A DNA stretch of 64,000 nt from an uncultured Actinomycetes bacterium (lineage in GTDB: Bacteria; Actinomycetota; Acidimicrobiia; Spongiisociales; DATADW01): the NCBI GenBank assembly GCA_963824995.1, contig CAWGRK010000009.1, positions 1 to 64,000 of the forward strand, read 5' to 3'. This document shows, one piece after another, positions 41,008 through 51,655 of the stretch. Both the position numbers and the translations under genes were made by a program. The number at the start of each line of letters is the position of its first letter. Positions within the stretch are counted from its first letter, which is position 1. The notes under the pieces are model-generated. The model did no database searches and was not told the origin of the DNA. It saw only the letters and a list, made by a program, of their open reading frames with translations.

Positions 41008-41951
41008 GCCGGCTCAACTTCTGTCACACCGTCATCGGTGATCCGGAGGAACAGTTCTTCGAGGCCGGCGGACTCGACCCGCCATTCGGCCACGGCGATC
41101 CCGGCCTCGACCACCTCCCGCAACAGTGCAGCCGAGACCTCGCCGTCGCCACCGATCGTGAATCGGACCAGTCCCTGCTCCACCGAGAAGTCTGCGACCT
41201 CGGCGTGACCCCTGATCAGATCGTCGGCGCGGTCCACCTCGCTGTCGGGGAGGCGGGCCGTGACCCGTCTGCTCCCCACCAGGGCGGCTCGGATGTCGTC
41301 GATCGAGCCCTGGGAGATCACTTTTCCCTTGTCTACGACCGCAAGGTGGCTGCAGATCCCCTCCAACTCGGAGAGGATGTGCGAGGAGATCACGACGGTC
41401 TTGCCGATCCGGGCCAACTCGGCGATGAGTTGGCGAAGCTGGACCCGGGCCCGGGGGTCGAGACCCGATGCCGGCTCGTCGAGGATCAGGACCTGGGGGT
41501 CGTGGACGAGTGCCCGCGCCAGGGAGAGGCGCTGCTTCATGCCTCGGGAAAGCGTGTTGACGTCGGCACCGGCCTTGTCTTCGAGATCGACCAGAGCGAG
41601 CAGGTCGGTGACGAGCGCCGCTCTCGCCTCGGGACGCACCCCGTGGGCGGCAGCGAAGAAGTCGAGGTACTCGGACGAATCCAGGCTCTCGTAGACGCCG
41701 AATACGTCGGGCATCCAGCCGATCATCCGCCGGACCGACTTCGGATCGACCTCCGGATCGATCCCCCCAACCCGCACCGACCCGCCGTCGCGGGCGAGGA
41801 GACTCGACATGAGAAGCATGGCGGTGGTCTTCCCGGCTCCGTTCGGACCGACGATTCCCATCACCGCTCCGTCGGGGACGGCGAGGTTGGCGCCGTCGAG
41901 CGCTCTCACCTGGCCGTACCTCTTGTCGACGCCCTCCAACTCGATGATCAT
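41004..41951 (-). CDS. ABC transporter ATP-binding protein
   Basis: GPNGAGKTT, LSRGMKQR, LILDEPASGLDP, SSHILSEL. Confidence 0.95.
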   Translation of the reverse strand: MIIELEGVDKRYGQVRALDGANLAVPDGAVMGIVGPNGAGKTTAMLLMSSLLARDGGSVRVGGIDPEVDPKSVRRMIGWMPDVFGVYESLDSSEYLDFFAAAHGVRPEARAALVTDLLALVDLEDKAGADVNTLSRGMKQRLSLARALVHDPQVLILDEPASGLDPRARVQLRQLIAELARIGKTVVISSHILSELEGICSHLAVVDKGKVISQGSIDDIRAALVGSRRVTARLPDSEVDRADDLIRGHAEVADFSVEQGLVRFTIGGDGEVSAALLREVVEAGIAVAEWRVESAGLEELFLRITDDGVTEVEPA

Positions 41952-43972
41952 GCCCCCGTCGCCTCCCAACTGAGCAGGTGCTCATAGGGCAGGAACGGCC
42001 CGTTGAGCCGGCTCAGCCTCGCCATCACCTCGCCACCGGGTGAGAGCAGACCATCCGCAACGTCTTCGCCACGCTCGGGGCGCACCCATTCGCCCCGGTC
42101 CCAATCCCAGAGGTCGATCGCCTCCAGGCCACCGTCGAGGCGGAGACCGCCCACCCCTTCGGGGACCGTGTACCGCAGCGACAAGGTCCCGCCCTCGACG
42201 AAGAGGACCCCATCGGTTCGGTTGACGAATCCGGCGTCGTCCACGTCGATCACTTCTGGGAGGGCGGTCCCCAGTGCGGCGGTCTCGGCGTTGTCCAGGA
42301 AGAGCGGGAGGAGCAGCAGCGAGGGCCCGGACGCGGCTATGGACCGCTCGTCCACCTGCATCTCAGGTGCGAAGTCCTCGGTGAAGCCAAACACGTAGAA
42401 CCCGGCGAACACCTCAGGGGCGAAGATCGTCCCCGACGATGCCAGGGGATACACCCGGTCCCACATTGCGGGATCCTGGCCCTGGGCGGCGAGCACCGAG
42501 TCGGCCAGCGGGTTGCCGCCGAACCCGGAGACATCCGGAATGGCAAGCTCGATCACGTCCTCCTCGCCGGGCTCGAGCGGGTTGGATGCCGGCGTCGCCC
42601 ACCCCGGCCCCCCGGCGCCCCACGACCAGAACGTCATCTGGGAGTCGTTTCGCACCCGGACGGTGAGCATCCCGGCAGTGGTCTCCAACTCCACCGACGG
42701 CAACGCCACGTCCTCGCTCCACCTGGAGTCGACCGCCGCAACCCCGAGGCGGGGGAAGTCGAAGGCCAGGCTGTGACCGTCGCCTTCGCCCTCGACCAGC
42801 GACCCGGACGGTCCGAACCAGACTTCCTCGGGCAACGATGCGCCGAGCCAGCCATCGGGAAGGGTCATGATCCGCTCGCCCTCGCTACCCGATGCGAGCA
42901 TCACCACAGAGCCTCCGGTGGCGGTGTCGGCATCGGCGACGACGACCGAGGCGTGGCGGACCACTTCCTCCGAGACCCTGCTCCGGCCGGCCAGCCAGAA
43001 GCCGGCAACGGCGAGCACACTGATGACAGGGACGGTGACCCAAGCGAGCTCGGGGCGACCTATTCGACGGAGCACCAGGAGGTTGACCGGCCCGACGATG
43101 ACGGCATACCCCAAGATGGCCACAAGCAGCCATGAGATGTCGGGCACCAGCGCCTCGGAGGTGGCCATCGCCGCGGGGAGGAGGTTCGTGGCGGGTTGGG
43201 CGAACTGGTCCCGGCCGAGACCCGGAGTGGGCACATCGCGCAACAAACCCGCCCATGCCGGTGCCTCCAGACCGGAGATGCTCTCGATCGCGATGATCTC
43301 GCCGCGTCCCGAGCGCTGCATGGTCGAAGGGCCCAGCGGGGAGCCGGCGCCTGTGTCCAACTCGAGCGCCGAGAGGTCGCCGTCCTGACCTATCACCCGG
43401 CCACCGCGACGCACCCAGGAAACCACCCCCGAGTTCTCTCCCGAATCGAGTGCAGCCAGGTCACCGGGACCGGCGACGAGATACCCGAGCGGGCCGGGGT
43501 CGGATAGGTCGGAGGGAGCGATCTCGATCGGGATCACCGGCCTTCCCAACGGTGTGGAGCGCACCGATCCGAGGACCGCCGCCGTCTCCGGGGTTCCGAG
43601 CAGTCCCACGAGCAACTCGTCGTCGGGAACGGTGACGGTCACATCCTCGGAGACGATCTGGTCGCCTCCGTCTGAGACCAGCGACACCCTGATCCGGCCC
43701 CCGTCAGACGGCGGCATGTAGATCTCATAGACCTTCTCACCGCCACCGGGGACTTCCACGGGAAGCTGTCTGCTCAGCCCCTCCAACTGCACCACGATCT
43801 CGCCCACCAACAGCGCCGGGGATGTCACCTCGACCACGACGCGCACCGGCCTGTCCGGATGGATGTATCCGGAGATGCCAGCCGATGCAGCGACCGTGGC
43901 CATCGGGGCCGGTGGCTCCTCCCCCTGCATGAACAGGGCGGCGACAAGCAAGGGTGCAGCGAGTAGGCGCAC
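41948..43972 (-). CDS. Exported/membrane protein of the MoxR-ABC cluster
   Basis: Signal peptide, WVRRGG segment, central TM pair YAVIVGPVNLLVLRRIGRPELAWVTVP. Confidence 0.75.
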   Translation of the reverse strand: MRLLAAPLLVAALFMQGEEPPAPMATVAASAGISGYIHPDRPVRVVVEVTSPALLVGEIVVQLEGLSRQLPVEVPGGGEKVYEIYMPPSDGGRIRVSLVSDGGDQIVSEDVTVTVPDDELLVGLLGTPETAAVLGSVRSTPLGRPVIPIEIAPSDLSDPGPLGYLVAGPGDLAALDSGENSGVVSWVRRGGRVIGQDGDLSALELDTGAGSPLGPSTMQRSGRGEIIAIESISGLEAPAWAGLLRDVPTPGLGRDQFAQPATNLLPAAMATSEALVPDISWLLVAILGYAVIVGPVNLLVLRRIGRPELAWVTVPVISVLAVAGFWLAGRSRVSEEVVRHASVVVADADTATGGSVVMLASGSEGERIMTLPDGWLGASLPEEVWFGPSGSLVEGEGDGHSLAFDFPRLGVAAVDSRWSEDVALPSVELETTAGMLTVRVRNDSQMTFWSWGAGGPGWATPASNPLEPGEEDVIELAIPDVSGFGGNPLADSVLAAQGQDPAMWDRVYPLASSGTIFAPEVFAGFYVFGFTEDFAPEMQVDERSIAASGPSLLLLPLFLDNAETAALGTALPEVIDVDDAGFVNRTDGVLFVEGGTLSLRYTVPEGVGGLRLDGGLEAIDLWDWDRGEWVRPERGEDVADGLLSPGGEVMARLSRLNGPFLPYEHLLSWEATGA

Positions 43973-44069
43973 GTCGATCAGACGCCCGCCGGAGCCGGAG
44001 GGTTCCGGAGGCCCCCCTGGCCTTCAACCGACTCCGTGCCGGGTCGGGTTGGCGGGGCGGGCGGCGTGC

Positions 44070-45173
44070 TCATCCTGTGGTGTGCTGGGTCTCTCGCACC
44101 GCTTCGAGTGCATCACCGGCCACCAGGATCCCAATGACGTCATCGCCGTCCACAACCAGGAACGGACGCTTCTCTGAGAACTCCCCTTCGAGAACGCTCT
44201 CGAGGTCTTCTTCGGGTCCGATTATGTCGCCGGGTCCGATGCGGGTCATGACCGCAGCCACGGTCGTAGAACCCCTCTCCACCTCGGGGACCCGTCTGGC
44301 TGACGTGAGGCTGACCACGCCAACCGCCCGTCCCCAGGGATCGACCACGGCGTGGAGGTCGCCGGCGGTCTCACTTGCCAGGCCCAGCAACTCGTCTACG
44401 GGGAGCGCCGGCGACGCCGACCAGGACCGAGGCCCCATCGCCGCTCGAACGGTGGTCCCACGTCCCCGTTTCGCTCCCGCAGCGGGGCTCTCGGCCACCG
44501 AGGCAGCCTGCCAGAGGAAGACCCCGATGAACACGAGCCATAGACCCGTCAGCCCTCGGGCTATCCATATCCAGACACCGCCGGCCACGAGGAGAGTCGC
44601 CACGACGCGGCCGGAGATCGCCGCCACCCTGGTCGCCCGTCGCAGGCTCCCCGTCCACCGCCACACCACGGCTCGCAGCACCCGGCCGCCGTCCATCGGG
44701 AAACCGGGGAGCAGGTTGAAGAGGCCCAATCCCAGGTTGACCGCGCCCAGCCAGTCGAGGATGGAAACGACCAGCGCCGGCCCAGGCACCGTGGCGGCCG
44801 CACCGAGGAAGACGAGACCGAGCACCACCGAAGAGAGCGGGCCGACGACGGTGACCAGGAGCTCTTCTCGTGCCGAGCGCGGCTCTTCCTCCAATTGAGC
44901 GACCCCGCCGAACACGAAGAGTCGGATCGAGGAGACCCCGAGACCGAGCCGGCGGGCCATCGCCGAATGGCTGGCCTCGTGGACGACGACCCCTGCAAAG
45001 AAGAGCAGTGATGCCAGGACCGCGGCGCCCCAAAGCGCAGCCGATGACGAACCGGGGTTGGTGCGTTCGAATGTCGTCCTCAGGCTGAGGGTGATGAGCG
45101 CCGCGATCACGAACCAGGAGGGCGACAACACCACCGGGATGCCGAAGACGCGAAATGCGGTGGTTTGTGTCAT
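44070..45173 (-). CDS. Site-2 protease (M50) with CBS domains
   Basis: HEASH, FGGVA, FNLLPGFPMDGGR, C-terminal CBS-like pair. Confidence 0.92.
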   Translation of the reverse strand: MTQTTAFRVFGIPVVLSPSWFVIAALITLSLRTTFERTNPGSSSAALWGAAVLASLLFFAGVVVHEASHSAMARRLGLGVSSIRLFVFGGVAQLEEEPRSAREELLVTVVGPLSSVVLGLVFLGAAATVPGPALVVSILDWLGAVNLGLGLFNLLPGFPMDGGRVLRAVVWRWTGSLRRATRVAAISGRVVATLLVAGGVWIWIARGLTGLWLVFIGVFLWQAASVAESPAAGAKRGRGTTVRAAMGPRSWSASPALPVDELLGLASETAGDLHAVVDPWGRAVGVVSLTSARRVPEVERGSTTVAAVMTRIGPGDIIGPEEDLESVLEGEFSEKRPFLVVDGDDVIGILVAGDALEAVRETQHTTG

Positions 45174-45276
45174 GCGTGCCCGTCAACGGTAACGCCGTGT
45201 GGGGACTCTCCTGCGTCGAACCGGTTGGAGGCGACGGTACGTACAGCAGCGTGCTGCTCAAGGGAGGAACCCACAG

Positions 45277-45885
45277 ATGCGCAATATCCGGACCGTCATC
45301 CTCGCCGTCCTCGCGCTGGTACTCGCAGGCTGCGGCGGGGCCGCCACCGACACCACTACGGACGCCGGTGCCCAGGCGACCACCATCGCCGCCGACACAA
45401 CCGCAGCGGCTGACACCACGGCGGCTGCCGATACGACTGCGGCTCCCGACACGACCATGGCTGCCGATACGACGGCAACCTCGACCGACGACACCACCGA
45501 CGATTCGACAGATGACTCCACGGATGACTCGGCCGGGGCCTCCATGGAGATCGGGACGGCGGAGAGCGACCTCGGGACGATCCTGGTAGACGCCGATGGC
45601 CGGACGCTCTACGCCTTCCTCAACGACGCCGAGGGCGAGCCGACCTGCGCAGGCGACTGCGCAGAGTCATGGCCGGCGCTCACTGGCACGGCCTCGGCCG
45701 GAGAGGGTGTGGACGACTCGCTGCTCAGCACCGTCGAGGCGCTCGAGGGCGGGACGCAGGTGAAGTACGGAGACTGGCCGCTGTATTACTTCGCAGGCGA
45801 CGAAGCCGCCGGTGACGTCAACGGCCAAGGACTGGGTGACGTCTGGTTCGTGATCGACCCCGAAGGCGAGCCGATCGAGGGCTGA
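45277..45885 (+). CDS. Lipoprotein with Y-X4-D (Lipoprotein_15-type) repeats
   Basis: Lipobox LAGC, ADTTAA linker, GRTLYAF..D..C.GDCA.SWP, WPLYYFAGD..GDVNGQG..WFV; GGAGG RBS. Confidence 0.9.
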   Translation: MRNIRTVILAVLALVLAGCGGAATDTTTDAGAQATTIAADTTAAADTTAAADTTAAPDTTMAADTTATSTDDTTDDSTDDSTDDSAGASMEIGTAESDLGTILVDADGRTLYAFLNDAEGEPTCAGDCAESWPALTGTASAGEGVDDSLLSTVEALEGGTQVKYGDWPLYYFAGDEAAGDVNGQGLGDVWFVIDPEGEPIEG

Positions 45886-45899
45886 TCAACCGATCCGAG

Positions 45900-46532
45900 T
45901 CACTTCTTCGCCGACTCGTAATAGGGATCGTCGCCGGAGGCGTGGTCGGTCACATCGACCACGCCGACCAACTCGGGGATCGCCTCGAGCAGGATGCGCT
46001 CGATCCCGTGGCGGAGGGTGACCTGCGCCATGCCACATCCCTGGCAGCCCCCCATCATCTTCAGGTACACGGTGTCGTCCTCGACCGAGACCAGTTCGGC
46101 GGCGCCGCCGTGGGCGGCGATGGCAGGGTTGACCTGAAGCTCGAGGACCTGGCGCACCTGTTCGGCCAGCGGACCGCTCAGCTCGCCGGTGGGCACCGAG
46201 CCCATGGTCGGGCTACCTGGACGGTTGGGGTTGTCGATGGTCAGGCCCGGCGCCGCCGGGTCGGCGGACATCGCCAGAGTGGCGCCTGCCAGCTTGCTCG
46301 TGTCGTCGGCGGGGATCACCACCGCAAGCCCGTCGTGACGTTCGATGATGTCGTCGGTGCGGGCGTCGCTCAGCGGTATGAAGGACAATTCGTATGCAAA
46401 CGCAGGCCACTTGATACCGGTGACCTCGATCGCCAGGGCCAGTTCACCGTCCTCGTCGCCCTCCTCGGACATGACATCGCGGACAAAGGCGGTCGCCTCG
46501 TCGGTGAGGGTGAGGACGGTCTCGTCGGCCAT
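45900..46532 (-). CDS. nfuA: Fe-S biogenesis protein NfuA-like
   Basis: Degenerate A-type domain plus NifU domain NPAIAAHGG, GGCQGCGMA..TL..GIE, DVTDH..G.DPYY. Confidence 0.9.
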   Translation of the reverse strand: MADETVLTLTDEATAFVRDVMSEEGDEDGELALAIEVTGIKWPAFAYELSFIPLSDARTDDIIERHDGLAVVIPADDTSKLAGATLAMSADPAAPGLTIDNPNRPGSPTMGSVPTGELSGPLAEQVRQVLELQVNPAIAAHGGAAELVSVEDDTVYLKMMGGCQGCGMAQVTLRHGIERILLEAIPELVGVVDVTDHASGDDPYYESAKK

Positions 46533-46613
46533 TGGAGAGGATGCTAACGGCCGGGAAGTGGATAGTCATGAGAGACAGTCCAAACAGCCCCCGAGGCCGA
46601 CCATCATGGCGGG

Positions 46614-47838
46614 GTGCCCACTGCCCTCCTCGTCCTCCCCACCACGGCCTACCGGGTGAGCGACTACCTCGACGCCGCCGCCTCGCTCGGTGTCGAGGTG
46701 GCGATTGCCTCCGAGGAGGACCAGGCGCTCGCCGACAGGATGGGTGAGCAATTCCTCCGCATCGATCTCCACCGCCCGGAATGGTCGGCAGAGCGAATCG
46801 TGGAGCGAGCGCATAGCCAGGCGATCGATGCCATCGTCCCGGTGGACGACCAGGGTGTCCTCGTCGCCGCGCTGGCTGCCCGACGGCTCGGGCTGGCCCA
46901 CAACCCCCCGGATGCGGTGGCCCTGACGCGGAACAAGGCGGGTATGCGGCGCGCCATGAAGCTCGAAGGAGTGCCTCAACCCGACTTCAGGGTGGTTGGG
47001 GGCGGAGACGACGCGGCTGCCCTAGCCGCCGAGATCGGCCTCCCTGTGGTGATCAAGCCGCTCTCGCTCAACGCCAGTCGCGGGGTCATCCGGGTTGACG
47101 ATCCGGCGGCGGTGACGGTGACAGCCGAGAGGGTACGCCGGATAGTCGCCGTGGCCGGCGGGAACCCCCAAGAGCCCATCCTGGTAGAGGAGTACGTCCC
47201 CGGCATCGAGGTGGCGGTGGAGGGGTTGCTGCGCCATGGCGAGCTGGAGGCGCTCGCCGTGTTCGACAAGCCTGACCCACTCGTTGGGCCGTACTTCGAG
47301 GAGACGATGTTCGTCACCCCTTCGCGGCTCCACCCCGAGATGGTGGACGAAGTGCTGGCGGTGACCCGGATGGCGGTGAACGCCCTCGGACTGCTCGAGG
47401 GTCCCATTCACGCCGAACTCCGCGTCGACGGGAGCACGGTTCGACTCATCGAGGTCGCCGCCCGGCCGATCGGGGGCCTCTGTGCCCGTTCGCTCCGCTT
47501 CGGGATGATGGGCACGAGTCTGGAAACGGTCTTGTTGCGGCACGCCCTCGATCTCCCTGTCGCCGGTGTGCACCGCTCGCTGCGCGCCGCCGGTGTGCTG
47601 ATGATCAGGATCCCGCGGGCCGGACGATTGATCGAGGTGGACGGTGTCGACGATGCCCTCGGCATCGAGGGGATCACGGGGGTGGAGTTGTCGGTGTCCA
47701 CCGGTACCTACCTGATGCCGGTTCCCGATGGGGGTCGGTACCTGGGCTTTGTGTTCGCCTCGGCAGGCAGCCCTGTCGAGGTCGAGGAGGCGCTGCGAGC
47801 CGCCGATGACCTGATCGTCGGTTCGGATCGAGGGCTGA
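46614..47838 (+). CDS. ATP-grasp domain protein (ORF runs on to 48182, probably through a 1-nt insertion near 47820)
   Basis: RNKAGMR, PVVIKP..ASRGV, VEEYVPGIEVAVEG, GPIHAELR, IEVAARPIGG; removing one G gives ...VVRIEG* ending at 47838. Confidence 0.85.
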
Positions 47839-47839
47839 G

Positions 47840-48036
47840 CTCAGTGTTGGCCCGTGGGGGGGACGACCCCCCCTACCGCCCCGCCTGCCCACAGTGCGCT
47901 GGCTGTCACTGGGGAAGGCGGAGCGCGTCTCTCGGAACTCTCAGTGTTGGCCCGTTGGAGGGACGACCCCACCGCCGACCCGCAGTGCGCTCGCTGTCAC
48001 TGGGGAAGGCGGAAGCGCGTCGCTCGAACTCTCAGT
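47840..48036. repeat. Tandem repeat of about 90-100 bp (two units plus start of a third) with a GGGGGGGACGACCCCCCC hairpin
   Basis: Units begin ctcagtgttggcccgt at 47840 and 47940 and share cagtgcgct.gctgtcactggggaaggcgga; third ctcagt at 48031. Confidence 0.85.
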
Positions 48037-49150
48037 CGAGTGGCGTCTCGAGGGCCGGGCTACGGCGAGGACCCCATCTGCGGAACACGGTACGACGCTG
48101 TCCGGGGGCGGAGCGGTCCGAGGTCCAGGGGGCGTACGGCGCCATGGTCAACTCGGCGAGCGAGAGAAGCACCGTGTCGTAGTTGACGCGCCACCCGGCG
48201 AACGACGCCCAGGCGGCATCCCGATCCTCTCGCAGCGGGACACCCGCAGCGGCCAGGGTGTCGATGGCCTCGTCGAACTCGGCGCGTGTGATGCTCACCG
48301 GGTCGCCCGGTGATGGGTCTGGGTCGAAGGCGATCCCGAAGAAGGCGGCGACGTGACGGAAGGCGATGTAGCCGGCGCGCAGGCAGATGTCGGCGGAGGG
48401 ATCGTGGGGGATGTCGAGCGCGGCGTTTATCAGTGCAGCCGTGTCGAGCACCGCGCCCCCGGCAGTGATCCACGAACGATCCGGCTGAGGTGAGCGGAAA
48501 AAGACCAGCGGGGGGTAAGAGGTGTGGGTCTCGTCCACCTCGGCGAACCAGCGCTCCCAGTCGTCCCAGAGGGCTTCATACGAATCCGCCCAGCCGATGC
48601 GGTGGAACCGGAGCAGCAACTCGACCGCCGATGGAGGGCTTCCCGCCCGGACCTCGAGAAGGGCCACTTCCCGCTCCCGCCGGCTGAAGGCGTTGTACAT
48701 GGTGGGCAGGTAACTGATGAGCAGGGCGATGATGCCAAGACCCGCCGTCGCCTCGGCGAATGCGAGGACGTGGTCAACGACAGACTCGGCACGGACAAAC
48801 CCCAGAGTGAGTAGCGAGGAGCCGCTGATCGAGAAAGCCTCGAATGCGGTCCTGCCCCCGAGCGCCCAGAACATGAGGGTGAATCCCATTGCGACCGTGA
48901 ACGCCCAGGCGAAGGGAAGAAGCACCAGGCTGACCGGCGCATAGAGAGCCATGACACGATCGCGAGCCACGTACTCACGCCGCTCGGAGGCGAGCAGACG
49001 GAAGAGCCTGCCAGTGGTGAAAAACACGGCTCTGGTGAGCACGTTCACGTCGCCACGGGGCAGCACCACGGTCCGCACCACGGCCAGAAAGCCCCAACCG
49101 GCGACCAATAGGCCACCGATGAACGTCACCACTCGCAAGGCGGTCATCAC
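48032..49150 (-). CDS. Membrane protein with ion-channel-like pore segment
   Basis: TMs flanking FSISGSSLLTLGF; ISYLPTMYNAFSRRE; cytoplasmic ETHTSYPPLVFFRSPQP..SW. Confidence 0.7.
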   Translation of the reverse strand: MMTALRVVTFIGGLLVAGWGFLAVVRTVVLPRGDVNVLTRAVFFTTGRLFRLLASERREYVARDRVMALYAPVSLVLLPFAWAFTVAMGFTLMFWALGGRTAFEAFSISGSSLLTLGFVRAESVVDHVLAFAEATAGLGIIALLISYLPTMYNAFSRREREVALLEVRAGSPPSAVELLLRFHRIGWADSYEALWDDWERWFAEVDETHTSYPPLVFFRSPQPDRSWITAGGAVLDTAALINAALDIPHDPSADICLRAGYIAFRHVAAFFGIAFDPDPSPGDPVSITRAEFDEAIDTLAAAGVPLREDRDAAWASFAGWRVNYDTVLLSLAELTMAPYAPWTSDRSAPGQRRTVFRRWGPRRSPALETPLD

Positions 49151-49196
49151 CGGGCGGGGACGCTAATCGGGATAACGGGCCTGCCAGGATGGATGG

Positions 49197-50728
49197 ATGG
49201 ACATGGCGCGTTCCTCTGGGGTCCTGCTCCACCTCACCAGCCTCCCCGGACCCGACGGGATCGGTGACCTCGGACCTGCAGCCTTCGAGTGGGTAGACAG
49301 GCTGGCCAGCACCGGGTGCCGCTACTGGCAGATCCTGCCTCTCGGACCGACAGGCTACGGGGACTCGCCCTATCAGTGCTTCTCTGCCTTCGCCGGCAAC
49401 GCATATGTGGTCGCATCGCAACCGCTGCTGGAGGAGGGGCTGCTCGTGCCGTCGGACCTGGGCGACCGCCCCCAGTTCTCGCCCCACCACGTCGACTATG
49501 GCCGGGTGATTCCCTGGAAGCTCGATCTGCTCGACCGCGCTTTCGATCGGTTCGTCCCAGACGACGAATACGCCGCATTCCGCCGGTCCGAGGCGGCATG
49601 GCTCGACGACTTCGCCCTGTTCATGGCGCTCAAGGACCAGTACGGCGGCCGCCCCTGGGTGGACTGGCCGGCGCCGCTGCGCGACCGCCACCCAGGGCAG
49701 TTGGAGCGGGCGATGGACGCCTACCGGGTGGAGGTGGAGCGTCACGCCTTCCGGCAGTGGCTCTTCCACCGGCAGTGGGGTGAAGTCCGCCGGCGCGCCC
49801 ATCGACGCGGGGCTGCTGGTGATCGGCGACATCCCGATCTTCGTCGCCCACGACTCGGCCGACGTCTGGGCCAACCGGGACCTGTTCCTTCTCGACGAAC
49901 ACGGACGGCCGACCGTGGTGGCCGGGGTGCCTCCCGACTACTTCTCGCCGACTGGTCAGCTTTGGGGCAACCCGCTCTACGACTGGGACCGGCATCGTCA
50001 CGACCGGCTATCAGTGGTGGATCGGGCGGCTGCAATCGGGCTCTCGCTGGTGGACCTGGTCCGACTCGACCACTTCCGCGGATTCGCCGGCTACTGGGAG
50101 ATCCCGGCCGACGCCGAGACGGCAATCGCCGGCCGCTGGGTACCCGGACCCGGAGCCGACGTTCCTCGAGCGCGTGCGAGGCGGCTGGGGCGACCTCCCC
50201 CTCATCGCCGAGGACCTCGGCGAGATAACCCCGGACGTCCACGCGCTGCGCGACCGCTTCGAGCTACCCGGGATGCGCATCCTCCAGTTCGCCTTCGACG
50301 AGCGACATGAGCAACCCCTTCCTTCCCCACAACTACGCCAGCGGAGCGTCGTCTACACCGGCACCCACGACAACGACACCACCTGGGGTTGGTGGACCAC
50401 CGCCCCCGACAACGAGCGGCGGATGGCGATGGACTACCTGGGGTCGGACGGGACCGACATCGCATGGGACCTGATCCGCGCCGGTTGGCGCTCACCCGCC
50501 GCGGTGGCGGTGGCGCCACTCCAGGACGTCCTCGACCTGGGCACTGAGGCGCGGATGAACTTCCCAAGCCGGCCCGCAGGCAACTGGCGTTGGCGGGTCG
50601 GAGTGCCCCCGCTGCCCGAAGCCCTTTGGGAGCGACTGTCGGAACTCAACGCCGAGACGGGGCGAGTGATCGATACGCGATTAGCCGGCCTGGCCGCGCC
50701 CGCCGGAGATTGGCGGCCGTCGAGTTGA
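49197..50728 (+). CDS. malQ: 4-alpha-glucanotransferase (amylomaltase), frameshifted
   Basis: RSSGVLLHLTSLPG, WQILPLGPTG.GDSPY, IGDIPIFVAHDSADVW, GQLWGNPLY, RLDHFRGF, IAEDLG, YTGTHDNDT across three ORFs. Confidence 0.93.
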
Positions 50729-50741
50729 TTCCGAACCAGGT

Positions 50742-51581
50742 TCAGGCCTTGGCCACCAATTCGTCGGCGACGTCGGGGACCGCCCGGTACAGATCGCGAC
50801 GGCGGCCGCTGATAGTCGCCACCAGGGGGTCGCTCCGGCAGTTGGAGCGGTGCCGTGTGCACATCCGAGTACGGGATCTGAGCGAGCAGGTGAGAGATGC
50901 AGTTGAGCCGCGCCCGTCGCTTGTCGTCGGCCTCCACTGTGTACCACGGCGCTTCTGGGATGTCGGTGTGGACGAACATCTCGTCCTTTGCCCGCGAGTA
51001 CTCGACCCATCGAGTGCGCGACTCGAGGTCCATCGGGGACAGCTTCCAACTCCTCATCGGATCGTTCATCCTCGAGGCGAAGCGGCGCTCCTGCTCCTCG
51101 TCGCTCACCGAGAACCAGTACTTGATCAGCCGTATCCCGTCCTCGACCAGCATCCGCTCGAAGACGGGGCACTGGTGGAGGAAGCGGCGGTACTCGTCTG
51201 GCGTGCAGAACCCCATCACCCGCTCCACTCCAGCGCGGTTGTACCAACTGCGATCGAGGAGGACTATTTCCCCGGCGGCGGGGAGGTGGGAAACGTACCG
51301 CTGGAAGTACCACTGGGAGCGTTCCCGCTCGGTGGGGGCGGGTAGTGCGACGATGCGCGCCGACCGCGGGTTGAGATACTCGGCGATCCTCTTGATGACA
51401 CCACCCTTGCCGGCAGCGTCGCGGCCCTCGAAGACCACCACCACGCGATCGCCTTCCTGGCGCACCGACTCCTTGAGCTTGACCAGCTCGGCCTGCAGGT
51501 CGAGGAAGAGCCGCGCTCGTAGGCTTTCTTGGGGAGCTTGGTGTGGTGGGCATGCTTGGTGCTTGCATCGTCCTTGGCCAT
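50742..51581 (-). CDS. ppk2: Polyphosphate kinase 2, frameshifted near both ends
   Basis: FEGRDAAGKGG, QWYFQRY, DRSWYNRAGVERVMGFC, WKLSPMD, DKRRARLNCI; N-terminus MAKDD..KLPKKAYE and C-terminus ..ELVAKA* lie in other frames. Confidence 0.93.
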
Positions 51582-51655
51582 GTGCGTGGCCAATCTGGGG
51601 AACCGCCGATTCGGCTCGGAGGATGTGCCTCCGCCTGGTACGTAGCATCCGATGT

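Noticed and set aside
47840..48036. CRISPR array
   Set aside because: Only two long diverged units, no constant repeat with unique spacers, and no cas genes in the window
47839..48182. C-terminal repeat extension of the ATP-grasp protein
   Set aside because: Arises from read-through into the intergenic tandem repeat after a probable 1-nt insertion near 47820
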